Positions 60,447-64,000 of a stretch of 64,000 nt of DNA are shown piece after piece. The position numbers and the translations under genes are program-made. How positions within the stretch are numbered: the first letter of the stretch is position 1; every line of letters begins with the position of its first letter. Below the pieces are notes generated by a model. That model had not been told where the DNA came from and did not search any database. It saw nothing but the letters and a program-made list of their open reading frames with translations. The stretch is taken from NCBI GenBank assembly GCA_010909165.1, contig MU008180.1:247884-311883 (forward strand), given 5' to 3'. The stretch is from Anthoceros angustus (lineage: Eukaryota > Plantae > Anthocerotophyta).

Positions 60447-62744
60447 TGCCGCGTCGTGCACGATGCTTGTGGGGTTAGCTGCCGAATTTGATGCTCGCCG
60501 CCGGAGACGGGCTGGGACTTGGCTGCTACAGCTCGACGCAGGCTTCTGCGCGGCACCGAATTCCTTCACCGCGACACGGAATTGCTGGAGCAAGGCGGGG
60601 AATTGCTGGTGCTGGTGCGCCCAGATGCTGCAGGCCGGCGCGGAATTGCTGGAGCGCAACAGAGTTCTCTCAGCCTCACAAGCACTTGTTGCCTTCCGAA
60701 CCAGCTGAACAGTGAAGAAGATGGCGTCGTTACGCTCACTTCAGGTAGGTCTGACAATAGACACCCCGTGCTTATAATACGGTGCCGACATGTGTCTGTA
60801 TGGGAGGAAACCCTAAATTAGTTGCGGCGAAGATGGAAACGCCGTTTTACCGTGGTTAAAAACCATAAATTGGAGCCGCCGATTTCTGATCCGCTAGATG
60901 CTGTAATGATGCATGCCTTGCTGGCAAAATATTTTGCGTCCACTTTACTTCTTGCGAGAAGGGATTGGCCCTGTTGTTGCTTTGGCTTTCAAGAAACGTG
61001 AAACCCGTTTTCCACCCATTCAATGTTCCATACAGTGCCGGAATGTGAGAGAGGTACAACACAGAGAGCAAGAAAGCAGTGGCTATAGTTTGCGAGGTTG
61101 GCGACTATTGGTGTCACCGGCGAGGTCGTCAAGGTTCTAGACCTACATCATGCTGCAAGCTACGCACATTCTTCATGACCGAGGTGATACCACCGTGCCC
61201 CTCACTTCTATTACCCTTTGTAGTGAAACTTTACGGCAATGTGGGTCACGTGGTTGCCGATTCAGAAGGACCGTGATGGCGATGTTCATTTTGGAGGCGA
61301 AGATGCCTCCCAATATCTCCGAGAGATCGATTCGGAAAGAAGAACCAAACGCGTCAATTTTGCCGCCAGATATGACTCGGCCGTTTGCATGCATGCCTCA
61401 ACCTTCTCAAAGAAAGTAAGCAATTACAATCGAGCATTGGTGACATGTTATAAAGCGTGAAGTGGAGTTCTCTGTGTGGACGCGCACTTCCGCATTGCGA
61501 CAAATGTTCACTTCTTGAGTGCAGTCCAGGTGGAGGAGGACTCATCGGCTCGTGTGCCTCGCTTTCTTCCTCCCACTCCAAGAAATATGAATCTCTACAC
61601 CGCAATGGATAGAAGTCCTGGGAGGGAGGGTACGTCCGGAAAGTGGCGAACGGGTTGTGCAGCGGTCCGAGGTCCGTTTAATGGAAATGCTAGTGGTGGA
61701 GAAGTGGACACCCAAATGTGGATGAAGAGAATGTTTTCCAGACACCACCGAAGACGAAGTCCACCTTCCTATCATCCAAACCTATGTCCGAGACGTTGCC
61801 AGAAGCGAACACAGATATCGGGTTGAAGCGCCGGCTGTCATGCGTAAGAGAGGGGACTGTGTTGCGAGATTTTGAAACCATGTTGCAACAAATTGTGCAT
61901 CCAAATGTTGACCAAAGAAGGCTTCCGTGAGCAGTGACAGTTCCGAGGTTGAGCAGCCGCAGAAACATTTCTTGATCCCTTGTCGGACCAGTTGCGGGCC
62001 AGCTCAAGACAACGAGTTATAACCCATCTCATGGGTGCTGCTCCAATGAGATCTGCTGAAAGCCTTCCGGTTGGTGTCTTGCATCGGCTCAACAAGATAT
62101 GAAGAGTTGAAGAGGAGGGTATTGTGTAATGCTCCATGGGATGAGAATAAGCCAAGTCCTCGGGTGCAATCCTCCCATGCTTTGGGTGCGATTGCGTGGA
62201 TGGACTCTACATTTATCCACTTGGCGAGCGTTTGCCAAACGTGGAGGTGTATAACTTGCGGACACATTCACTAAGCTAGAGGTCCGGACACAATACAAAG
62301 GGGAAATGGAGCACAAAGGATTGCGCTTTATTTCATATGCCTACTTCCTGCGGCTTTGGGAACAGAACTTCAAACGGGTGAAGATACCCAAGTCCAATAG
62401 GTTTTCGACTAGGCGCATTCGACTATTATAGTCGAATGCGCCTAGTGCTACCCCCTTGTTTTTTGTGGCACCTAATGCAATGCGGGCTGCAGATGGTGCC
62501 CTTCAAGATCGTGTTGAGGAAGGTGATCATCTTCCTCATGATGCAGTGGATGAGGATTATGAACCGTGTATTCCAGAAGAATGTCATGTCATTGACAAGA
62601 AGCGTCCAAGGGGTCCTAAGCGGAAAAGGAAGCCTGATTTGGAACACGCGGTGCTTCCCGAACACCTCCATCCAGGAGGTGAGTTTTGCTTTAGTTTGCT
62701 TTAGTTTGCTTTCTGTTTTCAGGTGGACTTACCTCGATTGTGTC

Positions 62745-62895
62745 ATTCAGGCCTGAAATTTTCTGGCTTTTCAAGCCTGGATTTTTAGGATTGGATGTTT
62801 TCAGGCCATTGAAGCCTGGATTTTGCAACCCTTTCAGCCTTGTATTTTCCAGGCCATTCAGGCCTAGATTATTCATGAGTTTCAGGCAATTCAGG
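62745..62895. repeat. Cluster of short TTCAGGCC/TGAAGCCT motifs in both orientations
   Basis: About 9 variants (ttcaggcctg, ttcaagcctgg, ttcaggccatt, tgaagcctgg, ttcagcctt...) within 150 bp. Confidence 0.65.
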
Positions 62896-63040
62896 ACTGA
62901 ACATTCCTTTAACTATGCCGGTGCTAATGTGGAGGATTCATCTACCAGGACTCCCCCAGCTTTTTGCCAATGAAGAATAGGGTGCATTTCACCATCCGGT
63001 GGCTCTGCAATCCTCTCATTAGTGTTTTTGGGGATCAAAC

Positions 63041-64000
63041 TGAAGCCACTAAGGTTCATGTTGAACAATGCATCAGGCAAACTATTTTTGGACCTTGGTC
63101 ATTTGAAGCCATTGTGTTACAATTTTTTGGCACTTATCTCAAGCATTGGCGGAACAATGAGAGGAAGGAGGCCCGAAAGTTTTTGGAAGGGAAGAAGAGA
63201 AACCCTGGCTATGTTCCAAAGAGTATAAAGCCGGAGTACTAGGAGGTGTTTTTGAGGGAGGAGAAGGAGAAGATGGATGGCATTGTAGCCCCTAGCCAGC
63301 AAAAGGAGTTGTCATGAAGAGGGTGAAGCATACAGGTAGCAATACCTATGCATGCTTTGGCCATGGGAGCAGCGTGGTTTTCTGGATAGGTTCAAAGGAA
63401 TGTTTGGGAGGGAGCCAACTATGGATGAGATCAGTGTTGGCACCATTAACGGAAATTGGTGGAGAAGTCATGAGCATTTTGGATGAATTCCAAAATAACA
63501 AGTCGTCAAGCCAATCCGCTTTTCAACGAAAGCTAAAGAACCCTATCAGTGCTTGTCCTCGAGCCTTGGTAATCCTAGAATTTTACCTATATTATCTGAC
63601 CATGGTAAAAATGGTATATTTCATGGAAACCCCAAAACCCAAGGAAGGTAATCCGGCTTACAAGGCACTGAAGGAAACAATTTTTAATGGAGCCATTGTC
63701 TGTGTCTGTGTGAAGCCTTGACGAGTCCTTTTAGAAGCACGCGCCTATGCAAAGTCCACGGCGATGCTGCTTATCGCAAAGATTGAAACGCATTGATCAA
63801 GACATGTGGCGATGAGCCATTGGCTGTCAAGCCATAAGAAGGGGCCACCGCCTCCCTTCACATCGTTGGGTGTAGGTTAAGCTGAAGCCACTAAGGTTCA
63901 TGTTGAACAATGCATCGAGCAAACTATTTTTGGACCTTGGTCATTTGAAGCCATTGTGTTACAATTTTTGGCACTTATCTCAAGCATTGGCGGAACAATG
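63041..64000 (+). repeat. Direct repeat: 63041-63160 recurs at 63883-64000 (window end)
   Basis: tgaagccactaaggttcatgttgaacaatgcatc...cattggcggaacaatg at both sites, with offset 842 and small indel/substitution differences. Confidence 0.9.

Larger units (their letters stand above)
55073..60700 (-). pseudogene. Frameshifted multidomain gene: (BAH-like) - repeat linker - ParB/Srx-like - beta-class amino (N6A/N4C) DNA methyltransferase - unresolved C-terminal region
   Basis: VMGVLGGNHTYAAMKHL...VYCGLT...GNDHN (57860-58110); YTLLLMDVP (motif IV-like, about 56890-56915); VSFVWDK; CAYQRPLGLMMKLIKNFSKEGDWVLDVCAGSGTSTLAALLCGRNCIAVDID (motifs X-I-II, about 56335-56500). Several frameshifts separate these blocks. 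Confidence 0.75.
52900..64000. mobile_element. Transposon-like block, probably CACTA/EnSpm-related, with methyltransferase cargo; termini not identified
   Basis: Host genes stop abruptly here. The block has several internal duplications, frameshifted ORFs, a TnpA-like gene on + and a divergent ParB-MTase gene on -. It continues beyond the window. Confidence 0.6.
61700..64000 (+). pseudogene. Degenerate CACTA TnpA-like (Ptta/En/Spm-type) gene
   Basis: FGTYLKHWRNNERKEARKFLEGKKRNPGYVPKSIKPEY*EVFLREEKEKM, then KRVKHTGSNTYACFGHGSS and, after a frameshift, FLDRFKGMFGREPTMDEI. This order resembles the W..L...W...K...H..G...F...GR.P pattern of TnpA-like proteins. Upstream acidic/basic low-complexity exons. 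Confidence 0.5.

Overview
Eukaryotic nuclear DNA from a gene-dense, short-intron, seed-free land plant. A KP-type PPR editing factor, flagellar genes (IFT22, DRC7) and the compact layout point most plausibly to a hornwort (inference). Positions 1-52.4 kb hold about 17 host genes: PPR, STT3A, CRAL-TRIO, 1-Cys Prx, IFT22, GT47, NUP62, OZ/VAR3-like, LRR-Kelch-DRC7, an RRM-like gene, RACK1, a degenerate APC11, RPL26, GGH, expansin and a TBL acetyltransferase. Two AT-rich islands interrupt this stretch (24.8-30.6 kb and 46.7-49.8 kb). From about 52.9 kb to the window end lies a transposon-like block. It has a CACTA TnpA-like gene on + and, divergent from it on -, a frameshifted multidomain gene: putative BAH-like domain, GCATGC repeat array, ParB/Srx-like domain, beta-class N6A/N4C DNA methyltransferase and an unresolved C-terminal module. 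Other highlights are a candidate telomerase RNA gene (34.67-35.18 kb, -), a PPR protein combining an OSB-type PDF motif with a DYW:KP (U-to-C type) C-terminus, and an in-frame LRR-Kelch-DRC7 fusion with a strong internal GC gradient. Duplicated segments in the transposon block differ mostly by 1-2 bp indels, so its frameshifts, and possibly the duplications, may be long-read assembly errors. All family assignments come from motif recognition by eye; no database searches were run.
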